From the human T2T-CHM13v2.0 reference genome, Homo sapiens: a stretch of DNA of 64,000 nucleotides. The notes beneath the pieces were generated by a model. It had not been told where the DNA came from. It did not search any database and saw only the letters and a list, made by a program, of their open reading frames with translations. The position numbers and the translations under genes were made by a program. Numbering within the stretch: the stretch's first letter is position 1; the number at the start of each line of letters is the position of its first letter. Shown piece after piece: positions 27,336-41,259 of the stretch. Where the stretch lies: NCBI RefSeq assembly GCF_009914755.1, contig NC_060926.1; one strand, written 5' to 3'.

Positions 27336-29084
27336 CTTCTCTAACATGATCTCACAATCTTCCTAGCTCTGATGTTCTGTGAGTCTGTTAAGTTCTGATT
27401 CTTGGCATGGTCTTGGCAAACACATCTCAAGCAAAATTAATCCACATGTCTGTCCCTTCAAATACCTTCTCCTCTAAGTTGTCTCAGACTCAGCTGATTT
27501 CTCCATTTCCCTATTGTACACCTTTGTACACCTCCTTTTCTGAAAGCCTGGGTGCTGGGTCTTGGCAGTATAGTTCCAGACCCTATGCCTGTCATGTGGA
27601 TGTTCTCTATTTCTGCCCTAAGCTAAGTGGCCTGGATTCTGCCCAGCATGGCTTAGGAAGGAGGATGTGACAGACCCAGGTTCCCTGGCTCTCTTCCAGA
27701 ACAAATGCCTCTGTTCTCTCTTTATACATTCATTTCACAAACTCCAAGGCAATAAATGAATCCACAACAAATGGTGGCCATTGTGTATCTAAAGAAAGAG
27801 GCAGGTGTTGACATTGGCTGCTCTGCTAGTTAGCGGCTCTTGCAGTGGCAGAGAAAAAATAAGCAAATAGAAGCCAGTATAAATTGACAGCACCCCAGGA
27901 ACAGTCTGTCCAGGGTGCAGCTGGGGGAAAGTGAGATGACTTAGAAGTAGGAAGGCAGGAAGAAGTCATGCTGAAACCAATATTAGAGTCCCAAGAGCAT
28001 TGTCAATTATTACAAACAGTCTGAAAAGGTGTAAGAGTCTTAGGAGCAGCCAGGCCAAAGCAGGAGAGCAGAAAACACATCCATCAAAGCACTTTTCACA
28101 GTGAGAGGGAATATGGTTATTGAATAGAGTCTACAATGATGTAACAGACTATGAGAAGCAAAGGTCAGTCATAAAGCTAAGACACATGAAGTAGGCACAA
28201 CTTAGGGCCACCTAAAAAACAGGTTGGGCTCTCAACTAAAGCCCCAGGGTCACAGGTCCTCTATGGGAAACTGACAGAGGTGCCAAATGGCCTAATCCTC
28301 CCAAAAATCTAAATCCAGCTAGAAGAATGGTTGGTTAGGCAGACTCAATGGGCCTGGGCACATGGGCAGAGTTAGAGCCTGCTGTCATCAACCCAGAGCT
28401 CCTCACCTCCAAGTCTTTGATCATTAGGGACAGAGTATCCACGACTAGACTTTGTGTGGGCACAACTTGCTGCGGCTGAGCAAGTTGTTGCTACCATCAG
28501 AGTCCAAATGGGTTTTCTTTGGTTTGGGAATTTAGTGGGCTTCTCTGTGAGTGATCTTCATGGGCAGCCAGGAGGAGCTGGGGAAAACTGGAGTTCACAG
28601 CTGGTAGTTTGCTAAGTTTCCAAGTCCAAGTTCTACAAGGGGGAGCCTACCATCTAAGCTGTAAATCGTAGAGATTGCATCTGTGCCTCCTTAGTCCAGG
28701 TTCAGAGAGACACCTTGTATGGTACATGTGAGTTCTCTGGCTCCCTCTGCTCCTGATGGTTCTGTCACCTGTGTGTGCCTGCTAAGCATGGAGCACCAGG
28801 AAACAGGAAGCAGGGGAATGAATCATGTTGAACTTGAAGAACGTTGTTTTCAACCCTAATGTTTGTCTTAGGAACCCTCCCACCCTCTAAGAAACAGGCT
28901 TGAGCTCTGTTCCTCCCTGATTCATTTCCCAGGGGTAGAGCTACCAGGTAAATGAGCAAAATCAAGGTATAATTTCATAACCCCTTACTTGGAAAACTAT
29001 GGCCCCATCCTATGTGACAATAGGATGCCAGGTAAGAAAAGATTCAAGGAAAGAAGAGAACTGCCTGAAAGAGGATAAATTCAA

Positions 29085-29470
29085 CAGAATTTATTGAGTG
29101 CCCTTTAGGTGTCAGACCCTGTTAGGAGCTTAGGTTACAAAGGTGAATAAGATATGGATTTCCCTTGCCCTTGGGGAGCTCTCAAGGTGTCAGGACAGAC
29201 AGACATGTGCACATATAATAACAATTTAGTATGATAAGGGCTAAAGGGGAGGTAAGACTTAGCTCTTCCAAGGCAGCGAGGATGGAAGTGAAGGGGAGGC
29301 AAAGTGGGAGGTAGAAGCTTTCACAGAGAAAGCTCCATTTGAGATGATCCTTATAATTGAAGGATAAGCTTCTCTGGGAATGACGGAAAAAGAGGAGCAT
29401 TAGGCATTCCAGGTTAGATGCAAATTCATGTCCAAAGGATCAGAAGTCTGAAAACAGCCCTATGCCAGAG
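29085..29470 (-). mobile_element. L2 3' portion
   Basis: ttcaacagaatttattgagtgcc...aaaggtgaataagatatgg...cttgcccttggggagct. Confidence 0.8.
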
Positions 29471-29559
29471 TAAAAAATAGATTATATTTTGTGTGCTGAT
29501 TGTTGGCAGTTTGATGGCATGGCTAAGCTTCAACTTTGCACAAATTCAGTGACTTCTTT

Positions 29560-30410
29560 TCTCAAATGTATTATATTCCTAAACGGATTTGATACACATT
29601 CCCCTCCAAAACTGTTCATGTCACTGGGCTCTCCTCATGAATAGCAGCACAATCCTCCAATTGCCTAAACGGAACCTGGTTTACCCCTACATCCCCACTT
29701 ATTTACCGTCATACCCCCAAGTTGTACAATTTTTACCTGCTTCTATCAAGCCTTCCCCTCCTCCTCACAGTCTCTACTGTTATAAATTAAGCTCTGAGCT
29801 GCATCTTTACTTGTGTGAATCCCTCCAATAACTTTCTAACTCAACTATGTGTCCAGAGTCTGTGCCAAACTTAATTTTCCCTCTTCATAGAAGCCTGAGT
29901 GATGTTCATGAGTTGAAAATCTAGTGTGTCATTCCTAGGCTTAAAATCTTCCTGATCTCACTCTAGTTTTTAGGAGAGATAAACTACAACTCTTCATCAC
30001 AAAATACCATTCACCATCTGATCTTTCCTCTTTTTCAGCCATCCTCCCCAATTCCTTTTAATGGTAAAAAAAAAAAAAAAAAATGCTGGAAATGTGATAC
30101 TCTTTTCATTGTTGTGCCTCCATCTGAAATGCCTTCTATCTTTCATCCTTCAGATAACTCCTAACCCTCCTTCAAAAAGCATCTCAGGTTTCTCCATCTC
30201 TAAGAAATCATTCCTGAAAGTACAGCATGCATTGGATATCTTTAGTGCTTGGCCACATTATCCTGCAGTTGATGACTTCATTACTAGACTGTCTTCCCTA
30301 CAAGGATAGAAGTTGCAGGTCAAGTCCAATCACTTATCAAACTGGATGTCTTCTATACCTGACATGGTGCCTGGACACAGAAGAGCCTAATTGTTGAATG
30401 AATGAATAAA
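29560..30410 (+). mobile_element. L2 3' portion
   Basis: Pyrimidine-rich L2 ending catggtgcctggacacag...ttgttgaatgaatgaat. Confidence 0.75.
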
Positions 30411-31309
30411 ATGCTTAAATAAACAAATGGCTCAATCACTTCATCATCAGTCAATCTACTGCTCCCCAAGGTCTCTGACTAAATTCTCTGTTAGTGGAAA
30501 CTTACCCTGGGACATTTATAAGGAACTTGGAGAGCCAGCTGAATCAAATACAATCAAATTACTAATCAATTAATTCACTTCTCTGTTCTCTAAAATTAGG
30601 AGCATGTGAATGAATATGTATGAACATGTGTAATTATAGACACTTATGCACATAAATTACTGGCAGGGCTCCTCGTGTTATGTTCACAGGAGCAAGATGT
30701 TTATTTTCACCTGTCTTCATTGTAGAGCTGCTTCTGGAGCATCCTACTCGAAAGCAAAGTGGCTAAACACCCCCCCAATTTTATGACTTATTCATTGCTT
30801 GTTCTTTGATATTCTGCTCTAAAAAACATCAGAATTCTCCAGTGACATTCCTAGGTGGGATAGACTTATGGGATAAGAGGAGATGAAATGTGATATTGCT
30901 GGCTTTGAAAGTTTTTTCATATCCCCAGGAAGTTTAGTGTTCCTCTCATCGGTCTTCTTTTCAAAGGATTAGTTGGTGGTACTTACCAAGTTCTCCATTC
31001 CTTTGGTTTTTAAAAAGAAGAAAGACATTTTTTTCCTTGTGTTATCATGTGGAGAGGCTGAAATTAGTCAATTCTATTTCTAAAAAAGCTCTCAAGACAC
31101 TCACATCATGTGTTAAACCTCAATGTGGGTCGTTCACTGTGGTTCTGCGTTCATGTTTGTTGTAGTCCCCTGACCACGAGCAAGATTATAGGCAAATCTA
31201 TCAGACTGATGGTAAGAGTCTCTGCAAACTCTATGTCTTAAATGTCGGGGAAGGATGTCTGTAAAACCTTTGTGGGAAACAATAATGTGAAAAGAACAAG
31301 CTTTTGAAA

Positions 31310-31540
31310 CTAAAAAAAAAAGAAAATACTTGTTCAAATATCAGCTCCAATATTTACTAGTTGTATAAACTTGAGCAAATTAATTAATTTTCTGAGCCTC
31401 TGCCTTCTAATCTATAATAAGTAATAAGTATTTCATAAACTGGCTAAAAGATTAAACACAATAGCACAAGTAAAACATGCTTTTGCTTTTAAAGATCTAG
31501 CAAAATGCCTGATATTTAGTGAGCAACTAGTGATTGTCTT
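31310..31540 (+). mobile_element. MIR
   Basis: gttcaaatatcagctcc...cttgagcaaattaattaatttctgagcctc. Confidence 0.75.
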
Positions 31541-31554
31541 TTCCTCTATCTCAG

Positions 31555-31880
31555 GTGATGGCTATACTAATAGGGAGTTGTTCAATGGGTACAAAGTTCA
31601 AGTTATGCTAGATAAATAAATTATAGACACATTATGCATTATGGTGCCTGTAGTTAATATAGTATTGTAATCATCAAAAATTGTTAGAAAATAGATTTCA
31701 TATTGTATTTTTAACACACACAGAAAAAGAAATTCTAGAAGGTGATGGACATGTTTATTGTCTTGATTGTTATTATGGTATCACAGGTATTTGCATATGT
31801 TTAAACTCAAAAAAAAATATGCACATTAAATATGTGAAGTTTTTATATCAATTATACCTCAATAAAGCTATTTTAAAAAA
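31555..31880 (+). mobile_element. L1MA10/L1MB-type 3' end
   Basis: ttcaatgggtacaaagtt...aggtgatggacatgtttatt...tcaattatacctcaataaagct plus A tail. Confidence 0.85.
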
Positions 31881-33534
31881 GAAAATATATCTTTAGTAAG
31901 TATTTTATTAAGTCCTCAAATTCTCAATTCCTGGAATTAAGTGAACTGTTGAGAGAGAATAAGATCTATTTTATACAAAAATGTAGTCTCATACAAATAC
32001 CAAACCTTCCACATAAAAATCAAGCACTAATAAGCATCAGGCAATTAGTCTACAAGAGAACTTATGACATGCTCTTTCTTGGTTGTGAGCTTTCTTCAGT
32101 TCACAATGATACAATTTCTTTCATTGTGTAAATGGTGGGCAATCCCATAGTAGACTCATCTCATGTTTGCAAAGGTGAAGGTGACTTACAACTGACTACT
32201 GACCTCCTATGTTAGTTAAAGGTCAATAGAAATTCAAAGGAAAACTATGGTAGTACATGAGTTTATTAGGGACTGTAATTCAGTATTCTGCTAAGTCTTT
32301 CTGCTCTGCAATTATTGGCAATTCTGTGAAAATCCCTAATGTCAATATATGCTTGGAGATCTTTGATAATAAAATAAGACAAGATTGTCAATGTATCATC
32401 AATGTTGTCTTCAGTAGGTTATGGTTTTCATTTGCTTACATTGCTTTTTAATTTTGAAACACTATGAACTTTATCATTATCGATTATTTTATTGGGGGTT
32501 ATTTTCTAAATGTACCTTGCATAGTGATATATATGTTTATCAAAATATTTTGCTGATTATTCAAATAAATAGGCTTGATATATATTTTTAGGTAAAAGAT
32601 GATGTATCACTCCTGCTTACCACCATTGCTACAAGACGGATACATAATTCCCCCCAAAATTTTCATCTACAGTAAAATCTCTTTACAATTAAACAAAAAA
32701 ACCTCATTTTGAAACTGAGCAAAATTAAAAGGTCATTATTATATTCTGCCTTGTATACAATCCTCTGATGAAAAGTTTAAGAGCTGCTGGCCAATAGGGT
32801 TCCCATTATCTTTGGAAATGTCTAGGAAATTGGCCAATTTATATTTTCTTCAGCATGAGAGTTAATTTCTCATGGGCTCCTAATGAGTTTACTTTACTAT
32901 TCAGGGAGCAATTATGCCATTCAGTGATTTACAGAATCCTGCCTGAGAACCTGAAAGAGAATAGGCTATCTATGATTATGAACTCATAAAGGATTTTACT
33001 CCCACAGTATCAATCTAGTTATATTTATGGTTCATCAGGGGATCATTTAAACCCCCAGCAAGAGGCAACAGAACTATTTGATTAGCTACTGTCCCAAAAT
33101 AAACTTGAAAAATGGTGGTTCTATGTCAGTCAACCCCAGAAAAGGAAGCTATGGGGTCAAACACCTGTTCAACTCAAATGTCCTTTAGGATCTTGTGTAA
33201 GTGTGAACTGAGATGTAACTTTTCAGTAACAAACTGCTCTCTCACATACCACAGGATATATTGATTTCCCATTAGTAACCCCATAGCATAAAAGAAAGAC
33301 CTACAGGATACTTTTACAAAGAGTTAAGGCTACTATTTTGTCACAGAATCATAGGCTGTTACAGTTATAAGAAGCCTTAGAGTTTATTTAATCTAAGCTT
33401 CTTTTATATTAAAAAAAAAAAACCTGGAGAAACACAACCCAGAGAAGTAAGGCAACCCAGCTAGCTCATAATATAAATTAGTAAATTACCCAATCACCTA
33501 TTCCATTTATTGTTTAATGTACAAGACCTTATCT

Positions 33535-33651
33535 TGCCAGGAGTATAGCTCATACCTGTAATCCCAGAACTTTGGGAGGCCAAGGCAGGAGGACTGCTTG
33601 AGTCCAGGAGTTTGAGACAAGCCCAGGCAACACAGTGAGACCCTCCCTGTC

Positions 33652-33690
<39 letters not shown>

Positions 33691-33833
33691 AAATATTTGC
33701 CAGGTATAGTGGTGCATGCCTATGGTCCCAGCTATTTGGAAAGCTGAGGCACTGGAGCTCAGGAGATTGACACTGCAGTGAGCTGTTTCCAGCCTAGGCA
33801 ACACAATGAGACCATATCTCGAAGGAAAAAAAA
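33535..33833 (+). mobile_element. AluJ (Jo/Jr-like) with expanded central poly(A)
   Basis: ggaggactgcttgagtccaggagtt, ggcaacacagtgagaccc; A run at 33655-33688; deletions in the right arm. Confidence 0.9.
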
Positions 33834-34087
33834 TATTATCCTAAGGTCTCTGCTTAACTCTCATGTCCATTGTGTCTTCTTTTTTGATTCCCTTATTATT
33901 ATATGCTTTAATCAAGGCCCAAATACTGAAATGCTAATTCTGGCATTTCATACCTTAGAATTTTTCTACTTTATATTCTTTCATCTGGAATATCCTTACA
34001 TCATTCTTTCCTCCTAGTGAATTCCTATTCCTCCTTCAAAATCCAATTTATAAATAAGTTCTTCTAAAAGATCATCTTTGAACACCT

Positions 34088-34537
34088 GTATCAGCCCAAC
34101 ATTGTTGTAGAAAGAAAAATGTCTACATCTAATTGGCATACAACAATGACCATTTATTTCTTGCTGATAAGTTTGGAACTTGGCTGATCTAAACTTAATT
34201 TAGAGAGGTAATTCTGCTTCAAGCTATAGATCTGTGGGTCTACATCCTGTGTCTACAAGTCTCTCATCTTCCTGCAAGAACAATTCAGTTAGCAGGACAT
34301 GTTCTTCTCAGGGCTCAGCAGAAGTGCAAGGGCAGCATGCCCAATTCTACAAGTGCAGTTTGAGCCTCTCTTTTCCTCATGTTTGCTAATATCAAAGATG
34401 AATAGCATGATTGACCGAATAAAGGGACAAGAAAGTATAATTTTCCTTTGGAGACAGGGTGAACTGCATTAAGTCATATGGCAAAGGCCATGGACACAGA
34501 AGGAGTCACAAATTGGTACCAATAATTTAATCTTTCA
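34088..34537 (-). mobile_element. MLT1H-like MaLR LTR
   Basis: accatttatttcttgct...catgttcttctca...gcagaagtgcaag...aagtcatatggcaaaggccatggacacag. Confidence 0.65.
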
Positions 34538-34824
34538 GTTTAACTATATTCCCAGGCCTTTTCTTTGCTAACTCTGTATCTTGTATGTGTGTCTACAGCC
34601 ACATTTAATCATGATATATTGTAACTATTTTGACAGTTAGTTTCCCCAGTTAACTATACTTTAAAAATAATAGCATTTTAGTGGGTGTGCTAGGTACCAG
34701 GAAGTGCATTAAAATTTTTATGGGTAAAACCCTAGGTTTGATTTTAAACAGCCCTAAGTACTGCAGTTATCCTGAATTTACATATAAGGAGAGTTACACT
34801 GAGGTATTACATCGCTTGTCCAAG

Positions 34825-37115
34825 TGATATGGTTTGGCTCTGTCCCCACTCAAATCTCATCTTGAATTCCCAAGTATTGTGGGAGGGACTCAGTGGGAGG
34901 GGAGGTAACTGAACCATGGAGGCAGGTTTTTCCCAGGCTGTTTCTTGTGATAGTGAGTAAGTCTCACAAGATCTAATGGTTCTATAAGGGGGAGTCTCCC
35001 TGCACAAGCTCTTTCTTTGCCTGCTACCATCCATGTAAGATATGACTTGCTCCTCCTTGCCCTCTGCCATGATTGTGAGTCTTCTCCAGTTATGTGGAAC
35101 GGTAAGTCCATTAAACCTCTTTCTTTTGTAAATTGTCCAGCCTCAGGATGTCTTCATCAGCAGCATGAAAACAGACTAATACAGTAAATTGGTACCAGTA
35201 AAGTGGGGTGCTGCTGAAAAGATACCTGAAGATGTGGAAGTGACTTTGGAATTGGGTAACAGACAGAGGTTGGAACAGTTTAGAGGGCTCAGAAGAAGAC
35301 AGGAAAATGTGGGAAAGTTTGGAACTCCCCAGAGACTTGTTGAATGTCTTTGAGCAAAATGCTGATAATGACATGAACAGTGAAATCCAGGCTGAGGTGG
35401 TCTCAGATGGAGATGAGAAACTTCTTGGGAACTGGAGTAAAGGTGACAGTTGCTATGGTTTAGCAAAGAGACTGGCGGCATTTTGCCCTTGCCCTAGAGA
35501 TTTGTGGAACTTCGAACTTGAGAGAGATGATTTAGGGTATTTAGAAGAAGAAATTTCTAAGCAGCAAAGCATTCAAGATGTGACTTGGGTGCTGTTAAAG
35601 GTATTCAGTTTTAAAAGAGAAACAGAGCATAAAAGTTTGGAAAATTTGCAGCCTGACAATGAGATAGAAAAGAAAATCCCATTTTCTGAGGAGAAATTCA
35701 AGGTGGCTGGAGAAATTTGCATAAGTAACAAGGAGCCAAATGTTAATCCCCAAGACAATGGGGAAAATGTCTCCAGGGCATGTCACAGGTCTTCACAGCA
35801 GCCCCTCCCATCACAGGGCCAGAGGCCTAGAAGGAAGAAGTGGTTTCGTGGGCTGGGCCCAGGGTCCCCATGCTGTGTACAGTCTAGGGACTTGGCGCCC
35901 TGTTTCCCAGCCACTCCAGCCATGTCTGAAAGGGGCCAATACAGAGTTTCCACCATGGCTTCAGAGGATGAAAGCCTCAAGCCTTAGCAGCTTCCACATG
36001 GTGTTGAGCCTGCCAGCACAAAGAAGTCAAGAATTGGCACTTGGGTACCTCCACCTAGATTTCAGAGGATGTATGGAAACACTTGGATGTCCAGACAGAA
36101 GTTTGCTGCAGGGGCGGGGCTGTCATGGAGAACCTCTGCTAGGGCAGTGTAGAAGGCAAATGTGGGGTCAGAGCTCCCACACAGAGTCTCTACTGAGACA
36201 CTGCCTAATGGAGCTGTGAGAAGAAGGCCACTTTCCCCCAGACCCCAGAATGGTAGATCCACTGACAGCTTGCACCATGTACCTGGAAAGGCCGCAGACA
36301 CTGAATGCCAGCCCATGAATGCAGCCAGGAGGGAGGCTGTACCCCACAAAGCCACAGGAAGGGAGCTGCCCAAGACCATGGGAACACACCTCTTGCATCA
36401 GCATGACCTGGATTTGAGACATGGAGTAAAAGGGGATCATTTTGGAGGTTTAAGATATGACTGCCCCATTTGGATTTTGGACTTGCATGGGGCCTGTAGC
36501 CCCTTTGCTCTGAACAATTTCTCCCATTTGGAATGGTTGTATTCACCCAATGCCTGTACCCCCATTGTACCTAGGAAGTAACTAACTTGCTTTTGATTTT
36601 ATAGGCTCATAGGCAGAAGAGACTTGCCTTGTCTCAGGTAAGACTTTAGACTATGGACTTTTGAGTTAATGCTGAAATGAGATAAGACTTTGGGGGACTG
36701 TTGGGAAGGCATGATTGGTTTTGGTATGTGAGGATGTGAGATTTGAGAGGGGCCAGGGGCAGATTAATTTGGTCTGGCTGTTGCCACCAAAATCTCATCT
36801 TGAATTCCCACGTGTTGTAGGAGGGAGCCAGTGGGAGGTAACTGAATCATGGGGCCAGGTTTTTCCCAGGCTGTTCTCATGATAGTGAATAAGTCTCATA
36901 AGATCTGATGGTTCTATAAGGGAGAGTTTCCCTGCACAAGCTTTCTTTGCCTGCTACTATCTATGTAAGACATGACTTGCTCCTCCTTGCCTTCCACCAT
37001 GATTGTCAGGCTTCCCCAGCCATGTGGAACGGTAAGTCCATTAAACCTCTTTCTTTTGTAAATCTCCCCAGTCTCCGGTATGTCTTTATCAGCAGCATGA
37101 AAATGGACTAATACA
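34825..37115 (+). mobile_element. Full-length THE1B (LTR 34825-35183, internal 35184-36764, LTR 36765-37115) inserted in a MIR
   Basis: Two THE1B LTRs, internal start gtaaattggtaccag, polypurine tract gaggggccaggggcag, TSD ccaag/acaag; MIR halves on both sides. Confidence 0.96.
35307..36581 (+). pseudogene. THE1 internal (MaLR gag-derived) ORF remnant
   Basis: ORFs 35307..35987 (226 aa) and 36162..36581 are in the same frame, separated only by TAG codons at 35985 and 36150. Confidence 0.8.
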
Positions 37116-38444
37116 ACAAGCTCACAAAATTAGAGTTGAGACTCAAACCCAAAGCTAACTCCAAATAATCTTATTTTCTTCACTATCCTATAATCTTTCT
37201 TATTTAATTAGGAGCTCAAGCAAGACCTTTATCTGATTTGCCTGCCATTAGCCCATAACTAGGGCAGTGCCTGGTATGTAGTAAGAACTCAATACTCATT
37301 TACTGAATTGAATTACTCCAAGTCTAACTTGTCTTTCCATCCCTATCTCTCACCACTCTAGATAAACTCTCCACTCAGGATGACCAATGAGTGCTAAAAT
37401 ATCATATGCCTCTGCCCTTCTTCCTGCCATTTCTAATTCTCAATTATTCAAGCACTGATACCCTATCACTCATCTAAAACATTCACCCCTATATTATATA
37501 GACAAAACCTAGGAGGCTAGCTTGTGAAATACATTGTTGTACTTGACTCTGTGTATGGCTGGAGTGAGCTGGACCATGATATCTGTGCTTCCACTGGGTG
37601 CCCAGAGGCTTTTATTGAATTCCTCTTTTCTATTAAATGAAAAGGGATGATCTAGAGTGAAAATCATGTTTTATTTATATCATAATCATTCTTTCCAGGA
37701 TGGTAGTCATAAGGACTAGAATGACACACCATATTTCATAAATATGGAAGTTATGCTATAATAGAAAAATTCCTGTATTAAATTAAAAATCTGAACTCTG
37801 TGCTAACTCATTCATTATCTCAACATTGCCTCCTCTCACTAATCACCTCCCCTCTCAGTTGTATCATCTGTTAAACTGAGGAGTTGTATGCTCCCCAATG
37901 GAGAGAATTAAATTCTCTATGTCAAAGAAGGTATTAGTAGTAAGCAAATATATTTGGAAAATGTAAAACTCACTAGTTATTAAAGAAACACAAATTATAT
38001 GTGTCTTCATATTTATAAAGAGGTTAAATATAATGTATAATATATTTATATACTGTATTTTTATAAAGCATTATTTAATATCAAATAAATTTTAAAAGGA
38101 CAAATAAATTTTTAATTTTAAAACTCATATTCTCATAATGGCAAAGGAGAGCACAAACTGAACATGACTGTAAAAAAAATTTGGTAACATAATTCAAAAG
38201 AAACGTGTCCTATGAATGAAGATATTTCCTAAAGAAGAAAGCATAAGAATAATCTATACAATATGTGAAAATTAATTATGTTAACTCAGCATATCATTTA
38301 ACATAGACCATTACCCAGGCATAAAAATTATAACTCTATGGCACATGGAAAACTATACAGTATACAGCAACTATATCCAGCAATTTCAAATGTAAAACAA
38401 GTAAAACAAAAAATTATAACTACTTATACAATTAGGTAAAATGT

Positions 38445-38871
38445 ATGCATTATGGTTGGCTAAGTGCTATAAAATTATTCTGAAATTGAAGTGGCTGAAA
38501 TGAATAAAGGTTAATTTCTCACTCATATCATAGTCTAAGGTCAGCAAGGAATTCTGGGTGTTCTCTGCTCCACACAGTGATTTAGGAACCCCAGATTCTT
38601 CCAACTAGTGGCTCTACCACTTCCTAGTACCTCATCTTCTAGATCCTCCTCCTTTGGAAGGCAGATACAGAAAGTGAGAGGGTGAAGAGGCTTAAGTGCT
38701 CTTAACTTCCCCCACCTATAATGATAAACATGGCTTCTGCTCATGGACATTCCCAAAAACAAGTCACATGTCCCCTGGCCCCAACCTGATAAAGGGAACT
38801 ATAAGATATATGTGCGTGCCCAGGAAGAAGTGAAAGTGGGTCTGGTGAGTTTATGGACAGTCTGTGCCACA
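38445..38871 (-). mobile_element. MLT1J-like MaLR LTR
   Basis: ctctgctccacacagtgatttaggaaccc...tgcccaggaagaag...tctgtgccaca. Confidence 0.75.
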
Positions 38872-38965
38872 ATATGTAAATAAATGGATATGGAAAAAAT
38901 GTAAAAATGAAAAAGAGTTCATAAAGAGATAGGTTTACTTGCTAAGTAAAAGCTTAATTTACTTA

Positions 38966-39271
<306 letters not shown>

Positions 39272-40082
39272 TTAAAATACTAGAATTAGGTTAAATAATG
39301 CTTAAGTCCAATTCCATCTCTAATATCCAACAATTGGTAATTGCAGCATATTGAGATTTTATAATCCAATCTCATCTTTGTCCATACTTTCTCATGTCTT
39401 CTAAAAATCTAGACCTCAAGAAATATGGTCTAAATTTTGCAGAGTATTTAATGGGCAATCTAAAGCCTGGGCACTCACTAATAGGATAGAAAATTTTAAT
39501 TAAGCTCCATATGCAATTATAACTTTGCTGGTTATTCAGAATGATGAGAAGAATTATAAAGCTATGATCACTGGCAGTGCTATTAATGGGTTTCTTGATG
39601 ACATAACATTTGTTTAATGGAAGTGTTTCCTTTTATGTACAAGTGCCATCCGAGGGCAATTTGTCATTATTATTAATTTAAGATCATTTGATCTGTCACT
39701 CAATCCTGCATCTAATTAAAAAGGGGAGGATGGCATAAGCCTCCACCTCAGATCCCTGCCAGGCAGAGAAATTTAATAATGAAAATAAAATTGGGACAAA
39801 CATCAAAGTATTTTTAAAGGGTCAGGCCCCTAAAATGACACAAAAGACCAGAAGTATAGTACAAAGAGAAAACTGATTTTTTTTTCCTTCCAGAAAGATG
39901 ATATGTATGCAGTTTGGGTCATTAGAGATAAAATTCTTTGCATGTAAATTAAGGTGATTATTTCTTTCTTATAATGAAATGATGAGAGTTACTGAATGTT
40001 TTTCATGTGGGTGCTGCTGCCAAGCAGTAATGAACACACTGGAACAATCACATTTGAATAGGTTTTGTAGCACAAAGGTGAT

Positions 40083-40453
40083 TATATCCGTTTTCTGGGG
40101 CTGGCATAAGAAAATGGCACAGACTAGATAGCTCAAGCCACAGAAGTTTATTTTCTCACAGTTCTGGGGGCTGGAAGTCCAATATCAAGGTGTTGGCAGT
40201 TTTTATTTATCCTGAGCCCTATCTCCTTGGCTTGCCTTCATACTGTGCCCTCATGTGGCTTTTTCTTTCATCCCTGCTGGCTCTATTTCTTTTTTAGGGA
40301 CATTGGTCATATCAGATTAGGACTCTACCATTATGACGTCATTTAACCATAATTACCTCTTTCAAGGTCCTGTATTCCAAATACAGTCACCTTGGGGATT
40401 AGGGCTCCAACATATGAATTGGGAAGTGGGAAGAAACAATTCAGTCCATAACA
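40083..40453 (-). mobile_element. MLT1B-like solo LTR
   Basis: ctcacagttctgggggctggaagtcc...caattcagtccataaca; perfect TSD gtgat (40078-40082 / 40454-40458). Confidence 0.88.
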
Positions 40454-41259
40454 GTGATCATATTCACTTTTTAATTCCAAACACAGATGAAATGAAACAC
40501 ATCTCCAAACTCCAGGCTTCCATTTCACACTGAATCAAGAGGGAAAAACAGGCAAAATAAATATGTCCTCTCTCTCCTGCAAAAAAGTGTATCCCCTGTA
40601 ATAATGACCGCTTTTCCACCACACTTTTTCAGCTTGTGCCTCCCTTCAGAGTCTTAACATTATCCCCATTTTGCAGATGAAAGGATCTAGGAGAGAGGTT
40701 TGTTAACCTCTCCAAAGTCACACAGCCACTACATTTCGATTCAAATTCTTCTTATTCCTGTTACCATAGTCCTATACTATAGTATATATTATGATCCTTG
40801 TACTATAATCCACAAGATTTAGGACTGTGGTAAGCACAGAGGTACTCAGAAGACAGAGAGGGATTATGAGAGAGAGCGTGGAGGCCAGCTGTATGTGCCC
40901 TGTAGCCACATCCCTGACTAAGGAGGCAGTAAAACAGTTCCCAGATGAAAAGTGCAAGTCAAGTGCGAAAGCCCCATGGATGCTGATGCAGTTAACCAGG
41001 CCCCTGACACAGGAGAAGAGGTAGATGTAAGGGCAGGCAGAGGAGTGCAATTCTCACACATTGAGATACCCATGGTTGAACCAGAAAGAAATGCTGAGGT
41101 TATGAGATTAAATGGGGACCCAGTAAGCTGTGTGCATTACTGACAGGGATCTAAAAGTAAAAGACAAGGTGAAAGAATCAAAGAAGACAGTGGAGAGGGT
41201 GAAGAAGAAGGGGCAGTATACCAAGAAAAAGTTTTTGAGTTCCTCCTCTTACTACCTTA

